From assembly GCA_018394315.1 (NCBI GenBank), contig CP074575.1, positions 1,582,615 through 1,646,614 on the forward strand: a stretch of DNA of 64,000 bases, written 5' to 3'. The translations under genes and the position numbers were made by a program. Positions 8,721-18,442 of the stretch are shown here, in pieces (position 1 is the stretch's first letter; each line of letters starts with the position of its first letter). Below the pieces are notes generated by a model. That model saw only the letters and a list, made by a program, of their open reading frames with translations. It ran no database searches and was not told where the DNA came from. The DNA comes from Mycoplasmatota bacterium (GTDB lineage: Bacteria > Bacillota_I > Bacilli_A > MAG-NZ).

Positions 8721-9872
8721 TTAAAGTTCTATAATTTTACCATCTATTATTACTGTATCTGGTTTTGACATAATGTCGAATGGATAAGCATTCCAAATCA
8801 CAATATCAGCATCTTTCCCAACTTCAATTGAACCGATTCTATCATCGACAGAATTTAATTTAGCTGCATTAATGGTTAACGCTTTTAGTGCACCTAATTC
8901 ACTTAGCCCTTCTCTAATCATTAAACCTACTTGAGCTCTTGCTGCGATTATTGGAATTACTGGATGATCAGTTGTTATCGCAAATTCTAGTCCAGCTTTT
9001 TCTAAAAGAGCGGGTGTTCTTAGTGTTTTATTCCTTGACTCATATTTAGTTCTAGACATCATGATTGGACCAACAATAGATTTAACATTACTTTTTAGCA
9101 TATATTCTATAATCAAATGGCTCTCAGATGAATGTTCAATAGTAAAATTCAAATCAAACTCTTTGGCAATTCTAATAGCTGTTTGAATATCATCTGTTCT
9201 ATGAGCATGTATTTTACATAGCATACCATCAAAAACTCTAGCTAACGAATATTTTTTTGAGTCGAAATCAGGCTTTTTACCTTCTCCCATTTTATATCTT
9301 TCCACTGCTTCTTTGTATTCTTTAGCTTTGTTTAGTTCACTTCTTAAAACACTAGCAGATCCCATTCTAGTAGAAGGTGTTTTGTCTTTTGTTGAGTAAA
9401 AGCGTTTAGGGTTTTCACCTAATGCCATTTTCATTGCGATATCATCCTTTATAAGCATTTCTTCAACTGAATTACCTATAGTTTTAATCACACAAAATGT
9501 TCCACCAATAACATTACCACTACCAGGTCCCGTTGAAACAGCTGTGAATCCAGATTCTATAGCATCTTTAAAAGCTGTATCATAAGGATAAATAGCATCT
9601 GATCCTTTCATGTCTGGTGTTGATGGATTAGTGGATTCGTTATGATCTCTACCCTCGAATCCAATCCCTTGTTCAGAAATACCCATATGAGAATGAGGTT
9701 CTATAAATCCAGGAGTAACCCAATTTTCCTTAGCATCAATAACCTGACAATTATAATCACTTTCTTTAAGATTACCGATTTTATTAATTTTACCGTCTTT
9801 AATTAATATATCTGTTACTTCATAATTTATATCACTCATACTAACTAAGTATGCATTCTTGATTAATATCAT
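8721..9872 (-). CDS. Metal-dependent amidohydrolase (COG1228-like), paralog 1
   Basis: VTPGFIEPHSH, MKMALGENPK, HAHR, TDHP, GSIEVGKDADIVIW; start moved to ATG 9872 after AGGAGG. Confidence 0.9.
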   Translation of the reverse strand: MILIKNAYLVSMSDINYEVTDILIKDGKINKIGNLKESDYNCQVIDAKENWVTPGFIEPHSHMGISEQGIGFEGRDHNESTNPSTPDMKGSDAIYPYDTAFKDAIESGFTAVSTGPGSGNVIGGTFCVIKTIGNSVEEMLIKDDIAMKMALGENPKRFYSTKDKTPSTRMGSASVLRSELNKAKEYKEAVERYKMGEGKKPDFDSKKYSLARVFDGMLCKIHAHRTDDIQTAIRIAKEFDLNFTIEHSSESHLIIEYMLKSNVKSIVGPIMMSRTKYESRNKTLRTPALLEKAGLEFAITTDHPVIPIIAARAQVGLMIREGLSELGALKALTINAAKLNSVDDRIGSIEVGKDADIVIWNAYPFDIMSKPDTVIIDGKIIEL

Positions 9873-9999
9873 AAATAGTCCTCCTATAGTATATAACATT
9901 ATACAATGAACCTTTGATTATAACAATATAAGTTTCTTGTTAATCAGCTCTTTGAGATTTATTGAATTCATGATAGAATAATAAAAAGGGAGGATATAT

Positions 10000-10377
10000 A
10001 TGGGAGCAAATATAGAAATAAAACCTATGCTTTCTTGGACTTTTTTTCAAGAGTGCGAACCACCAAAGGAAATTGGTGAAGTGTTACTGGATTCTGAAAC
10101 AGTTGTAGCAGCATATAAAACCATACGCGATACAGCAGTTTTTACAAACAAGAGATTAATTGTCGCTGATAAACAAGGACTTACTGGTAAAAAGGTAGAA
10201 GTGTATACATTACCTTACAAATCTATTAGTATGTATTCAACTGAAAATGCAGGTAGATTATTAGACTTCAATTCTGAAATCGAACTGTGGACTAGGGCTG
10301 GCCATATTAAAATCAATCTTAAAAAAGGTGTAGACATTCGTAAAATCGATAGAATTATTGCTGAACACATTTTATAA
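10000..10377 (+). CDS. Bacterial PH-domain protein (YvbH-like)
   Basis: AYKTIRDTAVFTNKRLIVADKQGLTGKKVE..PYKSI..ENAG; SD GGGAGG. Confidence 0.85.
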   Translation: MGANIEIKPMLSWTFFQECEPPKEIGEVLLDSETVVAAYKTIRDTAVFTNKRLIVADKQGLTGKKVEVYTLPYKSISMYSTENAGRLLDFNSEIELWTRAGHIKINLKKGVDIRKIDRIIAEHIL

Positions 10378-10393
10378 AGGAATTGAAGTAAAA

Positions 10394-10428
10394 GGTCATT
10401 AGGTATTTTGCCTAGTGACTTAATATTT
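10394..10428 (+). terminator. Hairpin, probable terminator
   Basis: GGTCATTAGGT/GCCTAGTGACT stem after the stop codon; weak T-tract. Confidence 0.5.
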
Positions 10429-10530
10429 GTTACTTGATTATTCTTAGTTACTTATGTAGTTTTCATTAGAATTGAGTCATATAATTAAAAGAAAAAAATA
10501 TATTCATTTATTATAGGAAGGGGATTTACT

Positions 10531-10956
10531 ATGAAAGAAATATTTCAAAATGAACTAGGTATTTTATCTAATATTAAATCTATAAAACTAAGAGATTTAA
10601 ATTTAGGAGGGGTTATATTTTCAGTAATTATTGTAGTGATAAATTCGATAAGTAATAATTTAATTTTCATTCCAGCAATCAATACATACTTTAATATTGT
10701 TTTAATGATGTTGCTTACACTTGGATTAGTTATTTATTCAAGAGAGTACGTTGGTGAAAGGGACATCAGATCATTTGTTCTTGTTCAAAATGTAATGCTC
10801 TTACTAAACTTCATTATTATTTCATTATTTCCGACATCAATTACATGGTTAAAGTTATTCTTATCAGTTTATATTATGTATAATTACCTTGCTTTTGTTA
10901 TATCTTACTTGCCTAAAAAAGAGTTTAAGAATTCTATAGAAAAATCAAGTGAGTAA
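10531..10956 (+). CDS. Hypothetical membrane protein (about 4 TM)
   Basis: ORF with SD AAGGGG and four hydrophobic segments. Confidence 0.7.
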   Translation: MKEIFQNELGILSNIKSIKLRDLNLGGVIFSVIIVVINSISNNLIFIPAINTYFNIVLMMLLTLGLVIYSREYVGERDIRSFVLVQNVMLLLNFIIISLFPTSITWLKLFLSVYIMYNYLAFVISYLPKKEFKNSIEKSSE

Positions 10957-10963
10957 GAAAAGT

Positions 10964-10998
10964 AAAACTGTGAATTTTCCAAATCACAGTTTTTTTTT
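10964..10998. terminator. Bidirectional terminator
   Basis: AAAACTGTGA...TCACAGTTTTTTTTT between convergent genes. Confidence 0.75.
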
Positions 10999-12715
10999 AT
11001 AACTCACTTTTCTTAATATCGTCAGAATATTCAAACCATATCTTTAACTTCTCTCCATAGCTCTTTATTCCATAGGTTAAATTATGAAGAACAAAAATTG
11101 ACTTACATATCGCAAGACCTAATCCAGTTCCTTGTTTAGTATGTGACTTATCTTTCATATGAAATCTTTCAAAAAGTCTTTCAGCCTCTTCTTGAGTAAT
11201 CTTATCGCATGCATTCACGACACTCACTCTACATATCCTATTAGAAACTTCCCCAACAATATTAATTTCAGTATTTTCTAGACCGTGATTAACAGCATTA
11301 CTAATAAGATTATTAAATACTTGTTCCATTGATTGTAGGTCGGCTTTTATTGGTAAAAAATCACCTTTAATATTTATTTCCATGTTTCTATCATGCGCTA
11401 TCAGTTGATGAACTGTTGCTGCATCACTTATTACATCTCTAAGATTAAATTCATGAATTTTCAATCTTGCATCTCCTGCTTCTGTTTTAGCGAGCAATAA
11501 CATTTGTTTGATTAAGATATTCATTTTTTTTATCTCACTAAGAATTATCGAGATGTATTCAGATTTTCGTTCTTCACTAATTTTCTCTTTTAATCCTTCC
11601 ACATAACAATGCAGTACTCCAAGTGGGGTTTTTAGTTCATGAGAGATATTAGCAGTAAATTCTTTTCGTATTTTCTCCTGTTTGATTTTATCCTTAATAT
11701 CAAGTTTCAACTTTTCATTAGCTATTGTTAACTCACTTAAAGCTTGCTTTAGGTTTTCTGATAATATATTTAGATTTTCACTAATTATTCCAATTTCATT
11801 ATTTTGTCTTATATCAATATTTTCAAACTGCAAGTTAGCCATTTTAATAGAGATGTCACTAATCTTATTAATAGGTCTAGAAACTTTTCTGGAGTAAAGC
11901 CACGCGACAAGTAGCGAAGTAAATAATGCAATGATTAATAAATATGGATAGAATGAAGATAACGCATCAACTGATTCAAATATGGGTTGATATGATATTG
12001 TTGTATTCATAATTATTTTATTACCTTTTACATCATAAATTTCTCTTTCAGAACTAAATCCTTTAGTTTTTCGATCTTTATATAATAAACTTAGATTCTT
12101 AATGTCATTATAATAGATAGAGTTACTCACTCTATATTGTTTTAAATAAAGATCTATTTCCTCGAATGTAGTATCAGAGACGCTTATAACTGTGAGTTTC
12201 ATTGAATCGTTTTCTTTATAAGTGATCTTGCCATTGGTTACTTCATATAAAAAATCTACGATTATTGTTCCATCTTTCTGACTACTATACTGTATATGAT
12301 ATTCTTCGTTAGTATCTAAAGAAGTCTTATTTATAAAAGAAAATATTTGAAAACGATTTAGAAAAAATTCAATTTCAGTTAAATCGTCTAGTCTCCCATG
12401 TATTCTATACCATGGTTCCTTTTCCCATAATAACTTACTTACTTCTTGACCGTTTTCATAAACTAACTTTATAAATGTGTTATGAGTAAGCGATAAATCC
12501 ATCGAATAATCATACAACTCATTATAACTGAGTTCGTTATTTTCAATATGGTAAACTACTTCATCAAGTGCAGCATTTACCTTTTTTGTTTTAAAATTAT
12601 AATAAAACTCATCAAAAAATAATTTTGGAATAATAAACATAACACTAATCATTAGAATCATGACTGCTAATGTTGATACAAATAATTGTAGTGATAGTTT
12701 CTTTGGTTTTCTCAT
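10997..12715 (-). CDS. HAMP-domain sensor histidine kinase
   Basis: Two TMs, HAMP, FTANISHELKTPL H-box, NLISNA N-box, GTGLGLAI G2-box; start placed at ATG 12715 after GAGG. Confidence 0.93.
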   Translation of the reverse strand: MRKPKKLSLQLFVSTLAVMILMISVMFIIPKLFFDEFYYNFKTKKVNAALDEVVYHIENNELSYNELYDYSMDLSLTHNTFIKLVYENGQEVSKLLWEKEPWYRIHGRLDDLTEIEFFLNRFQIFSFINKTSLDTNEEYHIQYSSQKDGTIIVDFLYEVTNGKITYKENDSMKLTVISVSDTTFEEIDLYLKQYRVSNSIYYNDIKNLSLLYKDRKTKGFSSEREIYDVKGNKIIMNTTISYQPIFESVDALSSFYPYLLIIALFTSLLVAWLYSRKVSRPINKISDISIKMANLQFENIDIRQNNEIGIISENLNILSENLKQALSELTIANEKLKLDIKDKIKQEKIRKEFTANISHELKTPLGVLHCYVEGLKEKISEERKSEYISIILSEIKKMNILIKQMLLLAKTEAGDARLKIHEFNLRDVISDAATVHQLIAHDRNMEINIKGDFLPIKADLQSMEQVFNNLISNAVNHGLENTEINIVGEVSNRICRVSVVNACDKITQEEAERLFERFHMKDKSHTKQGTGLGLAICKSIFVLHNLTYGIKSYGEKLKIWFEYSDDIKKSEL

Positions 12716-12716
12716 T

Positions 12717-13379
12717 CTATACCTCAAATCTATAACCAATACCTTTTACAGTCTTAACGTAATTCCCATTTTTTCCTAATTTACTGCGAATGTTTTTAAT
12801 ATGTGTGTCAACAACACGAACGTCTCCAAAGAAATCATATCCCCACACTGTATCAAGAATCTGTTCTCTAGTGAGAGTTATATCATTGTTTTGCATTAAA
12901 TATTCCAATAAAATGAATTCTTTAGGTGTAAGTGAAATGTCTTGATTGCTCACCTTTACTTTTCTATTATTTTTACTTAACGAAATACATCCGAAATTTA
13001 GATTTTCTTTCGTTAATACTCTACTTCTTTTTAGTAATGCTCTTGCTCTTTCAAATAAAACTTTATGACTGAATGGCTTAGTTACGTACTCATCGACACC
13101 TAATGCAAATCCTGATAGTTCATCTTCTTCATCTGAAAGTGCAGTTAACATAATCACCAATGTATCTGAGTGCTCTCTTATTTTTTTTAGAACAGTCCAT
13201 CCATTAAAGTAAGGAAGCATTACATCAAGAATTACCAAGTCTGGCGATTCTGTTATAAACATTTCTATTCCTTCTTTTCCATTTTCAGCTTCAAGAGTAA
13301 TGAACCCCGCATTTCCAAACTCTAATGCAATTATTTCTCTAATTGGTTTTTCGTCCTCAATAATAAGTACTTTTAGCAT
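12717..13379 (-). CDS. OmpR-family response regulator
   Basis: VLIIEDE, LVILDVMLP, KPF, LTPKEF, VDTHIKNIR, GIGYRF; ATG 13379 after GGAGG. Confidence 0.95.
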   Translation of the reverse strand: MLKVLIIEDEKPIREIIALEFGNAGFITLEAENGKEGIEMFITESPDLVILDVMLPYFNGWTVLKKIREHSDTLVIMLTALSDEEDELSGFALGVDEYVTKPFSHKVLFERARALLKRSRVLTKENLNFGCISLSKNNRKVKVSNQDISLTPKEFILLEYLMQNNDITLTREQILDTVWGYDFFGDVRVVDTHIKNIRSKLGKNGNYVKTVKGIGYRFEV

Positions 13380-13434
13380 AAACACCTCCAAATAAAGAAT
13401 ATTATATTACTTTGATTTTAGCATAATTTACTTA

Positions 13435-14601
13435 TTAATCATAACGGAGAGCTTTAACAGGAATTAGTTTACTAGCTTTTACAGCTGGATATAATCCGAA
13501 CACTACACCAACTCCCAATGAGAACAATGTTGATATCATTACAGTTGTCGTTGATAATGAAAGATCTAATCCACCCATTATATTTCCTACAGGTTGAGCG
13601 ATTAAATAAGTTAAGCCAATACCTGTAAGTCCTCCAAAGATAGATAACACTATTGCTTCAACTAAAAATTGAATCAAAATATCTTTTCTTCTTGCACCAA
13701 TTGCCTTTCTAATACCAATCTCCCTTGTTCTCTCTCTTACAGAAACAAGCATTATGTTCATTATACCAACACCTGATACTAATAGAGAAATACCACCGAT
13801 TCCACCAAGCATAAACATTAATGTTTTACTTGTTTCATCTATATAACTTTGTACTTGATCATTACTATATATATTATAACTCTCTTCATCCTCAAACTTT
13901 AGATATAAATATCTATTTAAGAATTCAACTGTTTCTTGTGAACTCTCCTTATTTGCTGCTTCAATCGCAATATTATTAATTCCTTCTACGCCAAAATATC
14001 TTTCAGCTGTTGATTTAGGAATAATTAACTCTTCATTGGTGTCTTCAAATAATCCACTTGGAGTTTCTTTTAAGACACCAATGATTGTAAAATCTACATT
14101 ATTTATCGAAATGGTTTCTCCTAAAACATCAATATTAGCAAATAATTTTAAAGCAATATTGATACCTAAAACAACAGTATTGGTTTCTTCTAGCTGATCA
14201 ATTGGTAATATAAATCTTCCATTATGGACTGTCAAGTCCTTAGCTTCATCATACTCTGAAGTTGTATAGATAATAGATGTATTTAGGTCAATGAGTCCTT
14301 TATTTATTTCAGCATTACCTACAATATATGGAGCAACTGCTGAAATAAATTCATCTTCTCCTAATTCTTTAATATCATCCATGGTAAGTTCAATATCAGG
14401 ATCATTGATCCAAACCTCAATTGCTTCAGAGTTTAATATTGATAATGATTCATTCATCTCCCTAACGCTTGATTCAGCAACAGATAATAAAGCAGCAACT
14501 GAAAACACACCAATAATCACACCTAAACTAGTTAAAAATGATCTTATCTTTCTTGACCAAAGAGATGAAAAAGCAGATTTGATTAATTCAGTTAATCTCA
14601 T
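13435..14601 (-). CDS. MacB/FtsX-type ABC exporter permease
   Basis: RSFLTSLGVIIGV, GIMNIMLVSVRERTREIGIRKAIGA, GLYPAVKASKL. Confidence 0.93.
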   Translation of the reverse strand: MRLTELIKSAFSSLWSRKIRSFLTSLGVIIGVFSVAALLSVAESSVREMNESLSILNSEAIEVWINDPDIELTMDDIKELGEDEFISAVAPYIVGNAEINKGLIDLNTSIIYTTSEYDEAKDLTVHNGRFILPIDQLEETNTVVLGINIALKLFANIDVLGETISINNVDFTIIGVLKETPSGLFEDTNEELIIPKSTAERYFGVEGINNIAIEAANKESSQETVEFLNRYLYLKFEDEESYNIYSNDQVQSYIDETSKTLMFMLGGIGGISLLVSGVGIMNIMLVSVRERTREIGIRKAIGARRKDILIQFLVEAIVLSIFGGLTGIGLTYLIAQPVGNIMGGLDLSLSTTTVMISTLFSLGVGVVFGLYPAVKASKLIPVKALRYD

Positions 14602-15292
14602 TTTCCTTCTCCCTTCTTATATCATTAATAACTTTTCCATCAAGCATTTCAATCTTCCTAGTAGCTACATTAGCTATATCCATATCATGTGTAACTAGTA
14701 TAATTGTTGTTCCTTGTTTGTTTAAGTTAACTAACATCTTAAGAATTTCCTTTGATGTCTTACTATCTAGATTACCTGTTGGTTCATCAGCGAGTAAGAG
14801 TAGTGGATTACCAAATAACGCTCTTGCAAAAGCTACTCTTTGTTGCTGTCCACCAGATAACTCACTTGGTTTATGAAACATTCGACCCTCTAAACCAACT
14901 TTTCTCAGTGCTTCTTTTGCTAACAATTTACACTCTTTACTTTTCATCTTAGCGTATTTTCCAGCAAGCATTACATTTTCTAATGCGGAAATGTTATTGA
15001 GTAAGTTATAGTTTTGAAAAACAAATCCTAGTCTCTTATTACGAATATCAGCAAGTCGTCTATCTGATAATCTCGCAACGTTTTCTCCACAAAGATAATA
15101 GTCCCCTTTACTAACAATATCTAAGCAACCAATAATATTCATTATTGTTGATTTACCACTTCCTGATGGACCTATAATTGAAGTGAATTCACCTTCATCT
15201 ATTGTTAAGTCAACTCCATCTAGAGCTCTAACAATAAAGTTGGACATCGAGTAATGTTTATGAATATTATTAAGTTTAATTAATTTACTCAT
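14588..15292 (-). CDS. MacB/LolD-type ABC ATPase
   Basis: GPSGSGKST, LSGGQQQRV, LLLADEPTGNLD, VTHD. Confidence 0.95.
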   Translation of the reverse strand: MSKLIKLNNIHKHYSMSNFIVRALDGVDLTIDEGEFTSIIGPSGSGKSTIMNIIGCLDIVSKGDYYLCGENVARLSDRRLADIRNKRLGFVFQNYNLLNNISALENVMLAGKYAKMKSKECKLLAKEALRKVGLEGRMFHKPSELSGGQQQRVAFARALFGNPLLLLADEPTGNLDSKTSKEILKMLVNLNKQGTTIILVTHDMDIANVATRKIEMLDGKVINDIRREKENEIN

Positions 15293-15310
15293 ATTAAATC
15301 TCCTTCATCA

Positions 15311-16633
15311 TTAGAATTTTCCCTTTAGTCCTAGTCCGCTCTTACCACCCGACTCATTATAAGTTGTAATAGTATGAATAATGATTACTTCTTCACCTAG
15401 TTCTACTCCTGAGATAATCTCAGCATAAAGTGAATTTACTAACCCTCGTTCAATGTATCTCTTTTCTGTAGGTAAGTTTTCAATTTCATAGTTTGACAAA
15501 CCCTCTGTCCCAGTAAACACCATCACGTATTCTCCTTCACTATCTGTCTTAATTGCAGATAAAGGAACTCTTAAAATGTTCTCGTGTCTTTCTAGGATAA
15601 TAATTGATTCACCACTTAATCCTGGTAACAAATTTTCACTACTTGCTAAGGCCATAGTTACCGTAAAAGTTTCATTGTAAGGGATATAATCGATCATAGT
15701 TACTTTTGCTTCATAAGTTGCACCAGAACTTAAAGTGACATTACCACTTTGCCCTATAAACACATTGGCTACGTCTTCTTCATCAACACTTATGTCTATT
15801 CTATATTCATCGATTGGATTAAGAGTCAAAACAGTAGTGTTTTCATTTAATAGTACGCCAGTACTTACATGAAAATCTCCAACTAAACAGTCTTTCTTTG
15901 CTCTAACTTCGTAGTTATTAATTAACCACTCTAAGTGATCAATTTCTTCATTAAGTTTAGTTACATTATCTCTTGCTTTTATAAAGTCACTTGAAGTTAT
16001 CCGAACAGTAAATAGAGAATCCCCCTGTTCAAGGAAATGACCTTCAACTAAGTAATCTTGTGCATCAGTAATTTTTCCATTAGGCAAATAATCACCAATA
16101 TCTAGTTCACCATATACTGTGTCAAAAACTAGTAAGCTTCCATTATTTTCTTTTATGATATCAATATATTCTTCTTCAATAACGTTACTTTCAAGTATAG
16201 TTCCATTGCGAAGTGCACGAATAGTGATGAATTGATATTCTACATGGTCAACCGCATCCTCCAACACATCAATTGCTGCTAGCAATTCATCATTTTTAGC
16301 GATTAATTGTACTAATAAATCTTCAGTATCAATTGTGTAAAGAAGATCTCCAGTATTTATTAGTTGACCTTTTTGAACAAAGATATCCTTCACTTTATAA
16401 GTAAGTGTTGATTTTATCTCTTCAGTTGTCGATGGCCAAATAACACCCTCTCCATCAATATTTTTTTCAATGGTACCAAGTGATACCTCTGCTGTATTGA
16501 TAGCTCTTGAAGTTTCTTCAATAACTTCTTCAGAACCAAAATCTAATCTATCTCCATATCTAACATACACGCTGCCTAGCAGAAGTATAGAAACTATGAA
16601 GATTGTAATCTTTATAATAGTTTTAATTTTCAT
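15311..16633 (-). CDS. HlyD/MacA-type membrane fusion (adaptor) protein
   Basis: N-terminal TM, barrel-sandwich (IFVQKGQLINTGDLLY), LLPGLSG, VPLSAI, EIISGVELGEEV; ATG 16633 after AGGAG. Confidence 0.85.
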   Translation of the reverse strand: MKIKTIIKITIFIVSILLLGSVYVRYGDRLDFGSEEVIEETSRAINTAEVSLGTIEKNIDGEGVIWPSTTEEIKSTLTYKVKDIFVQKGQLINTGDLLYTIDTEDLLVQLIAKNDELLAAIDVLEDAVDHVEYQFITIRALRNGTILESNVIEEEYIDIIKENNGSLLVFDTVYGELDIGDYLPNGKITDAQDYLVEGHFLEQGDSLFTVRITSSDFIKARDNVTKLNEEIDHLEWLINNYEVRAKKDCLVGDFHVSTGVLLNENTTVLTLNPIDEYRIDISVDEEDVANVFIGQSGNVTLSSGATYEAKVTMIDYIPYNETFTVTMALASSENLLPGLSGESIIILERHENILRVPLSAIKTDSEGEYVMVFTGTEGLSNYEIENLPTEKRYIERGLVNSLYAEIISGVELGEEVIIIHTITTYNESGGKSGLGLKGKF

Positions 16634-16645
16634 TTTAATCACTCC

Positions 16646-17029
16646 TTATTTACCTGTTGAGTATTTGCTTTTGTCATAATCTTTCTCAAAATCGCCTTTA
16701 CTATATACATTTAATGAATAAAATTCACTATATAATTCATTGACTTGTTTAGCGTCTTTTTCTTCAGCTGCTACTACTATTTCACTATAAATACGTTCTA
16801 TTTCTGTTATTACTTCCTTAGGTAAATCCTCCTTTATACCTTTAGTAAATTCTTCGTAACTTAATTCAGCTATCTCGCTCAAATAAGCCTCTAAATTATC
16901 TTTAGGTTCAAAATCTTTACTGCTACTCATTCTAAGACTAGAAATGAAAATCACAGTTGCAGCTATGATAGCTATACTACAGATAATTAAAGTAATGAAA
17001 AAAGCAGTCTTATTTTCATTATTTTTCAT
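16646..17029 (-). CDS. Hypothetical single-TM protein, first gene of the exporter operon
   Basis: SD-led ORF with N-terminal hydrophobic helix and acidic helical domain. Confidence 0.7.
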   Translation of the reverse strand: MKNNENKTAFFITLIICSIAIIAATVIFISSLRMSSSKDFEPKDNLEAYLSEIAELSYEEFTKGIKEDLPKEVITEIERIYSEIVVAAEEKDAKQVNELYSEFYSLNVYSKGDFEKDYDKSKYSTGK

Positions 17030-17182
17030 AAAATCCTCTCCTTATTTATTCTAATTGCATTATACATAACCAATATGTGTTTTTTGTGAAGACTAATTTT
17101 TTTTACCTATCCCTTCTTACCAGATAAAAAGGACTAAGTAACTCTTTACTTTGTCCTTATAATTATATTTCTGATTATATAT

Positions 17183-18442
17183 TTAATATTTACTTAGATT
17201 GACAGCCTCTACGTTGCTCATGAATAATTTTATTCTATTTAGCTGATTGATCTCACTTGCTCCAAAATCATAATCAATCGCCATAATATTTAGATTAGGA
17301 TATTCATTTTTAAATGCTCTTATAACTCCCCTATTAGTAACATGACTTGGCATACATGCGAACGGTTGAACACAAATAATATTATTGATATTTGATTCTA
17401 TCACTTCTACAAGCTCACCGGTTAAAAGCCAACCCTCACCACCTCTATTACCAAGTGAGATGAATTTTGATGCTTTATCTTTTATCTCATCAATAGGAAA
17501 TACGTTATCAAATCGATTGCTGTGCATTAATTTCCTTCTTATTAATTTTCTATATCTTTTTAAATAATTTTTCATCAATATCGATTTGACATGATGCTTA
17601 TAAGAACCTCCAAATAATTTATAATAAAGAGATCCATTTATATTTACATAATTTATAAAGTCAAATAAATTAGGTAAAAAGATTTCTCCACCTAATGACT
17701 CAATAGTCTTTATTATGTCATTGTTAGCCATAGAGTTATATTTGATGAAGATTTCGCCCATTATGGCAATTCTTGGTCTTCTATATGATTCATCAATTTC
17801 AAGATTCTCAAACTCGTCAATTAACATTAATATCAGTTTATTATATTCTCTTAAAGAGCCATTAAACTTGTTGATGTTATCTATTACTAGTTTAATACAT
17901 TTTCTTAATAAAGCTTCTGTTGAGCCTTCTTCTAACTCGTAAGGTGTACATCTATAAGAAAATGACATCAGAAGGTCCCCTATTACAATTGCTTGAAAGA
18001 CTTTATTGATCGTATTTAATGTAAGTTTAAATCCAGGATGAACCTCTATATTACTTGCACTCACAGCAATCACAGGTATATTTTCACGTCCATAATCTTT
18101 TAACGCTTTTCTAATTATGCTTACATAATTTGATGCTCTACATACTCCACCCGTTTGAAAAAAAACAACAGCCAATTTATTTGGATTTACTTCTTTTTTC
18201 TCTATTAAACTTATTATTTGACCAATAACAATAATAGCTGGATAACACATTTCATTATTCACATATTTAGTACCATAGTCTTTTGCATCTTTATCATAAA
18301 CAGGTAAGACAGTTACATTATATCCAGTACTTCTCATTATCCCTTCTATTATTTCAAATTGAATAGGTAGCATTTGAGGAATTAAAATAGTATACCCACT
18401 ATCATTCATTTCTTTTGTATACTTTATGTTATAACTACTCAT
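17183..18442 (-). CDS. 2-hydroxyacyl-CoA dehydratase-related protein (C-terminal module of activase-type fusion family)
   Basis: YTILIPQM, VNNEMCYPA, QTGGVCRASNY, GEGWLLTGE, CVQPFACMP; ATG 18442 with own SD GGGAG, overlapping the upstream stop. Confidence 0.8.
   Translation of the reverse strand: MSSYNIKYTKEMNDSGYTILIPQMLPIQFEIIEGIMRSTGYNVTVLPVYDKDAKDYGTKYVNNEMCYPAIIVIGQIISLIEKKEVNPNKLAVVFFQTGGVCRASNYVSIIRKALKDYGRENIPVIAVSASNIEVHPGFKLTLNTINKVFQAIVIGDLLMSFSYRCTPYELEEGSTEALLRKCIKLVIDNINKFNGSLREYNKLILMLIDEFENLEIDESYRRPRIAIMGEIFIKYNSMANNDIIKTIESLGGEIFLPNLFDFINYVNINGSLYYKLFGGSYKHHVKSILMKNYLKRYRKLIRRKLMHSNRFDNVFPIDEIKDKASKFISLGNRGGEGWLLTGELVEVIESNINNIICVQPFACMPSHVTNRGVIRAFKNEYPNLNIMAIDYDFGASEINQLNRIKLFMSNVEAVNLSKY

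Noticed and set aside
17076..17090. OmpR-type direct repeat upstream of the exporter operon
   Set aside because: The TGTG units are 9 bp apart rather than 10-11 and too short to be significant
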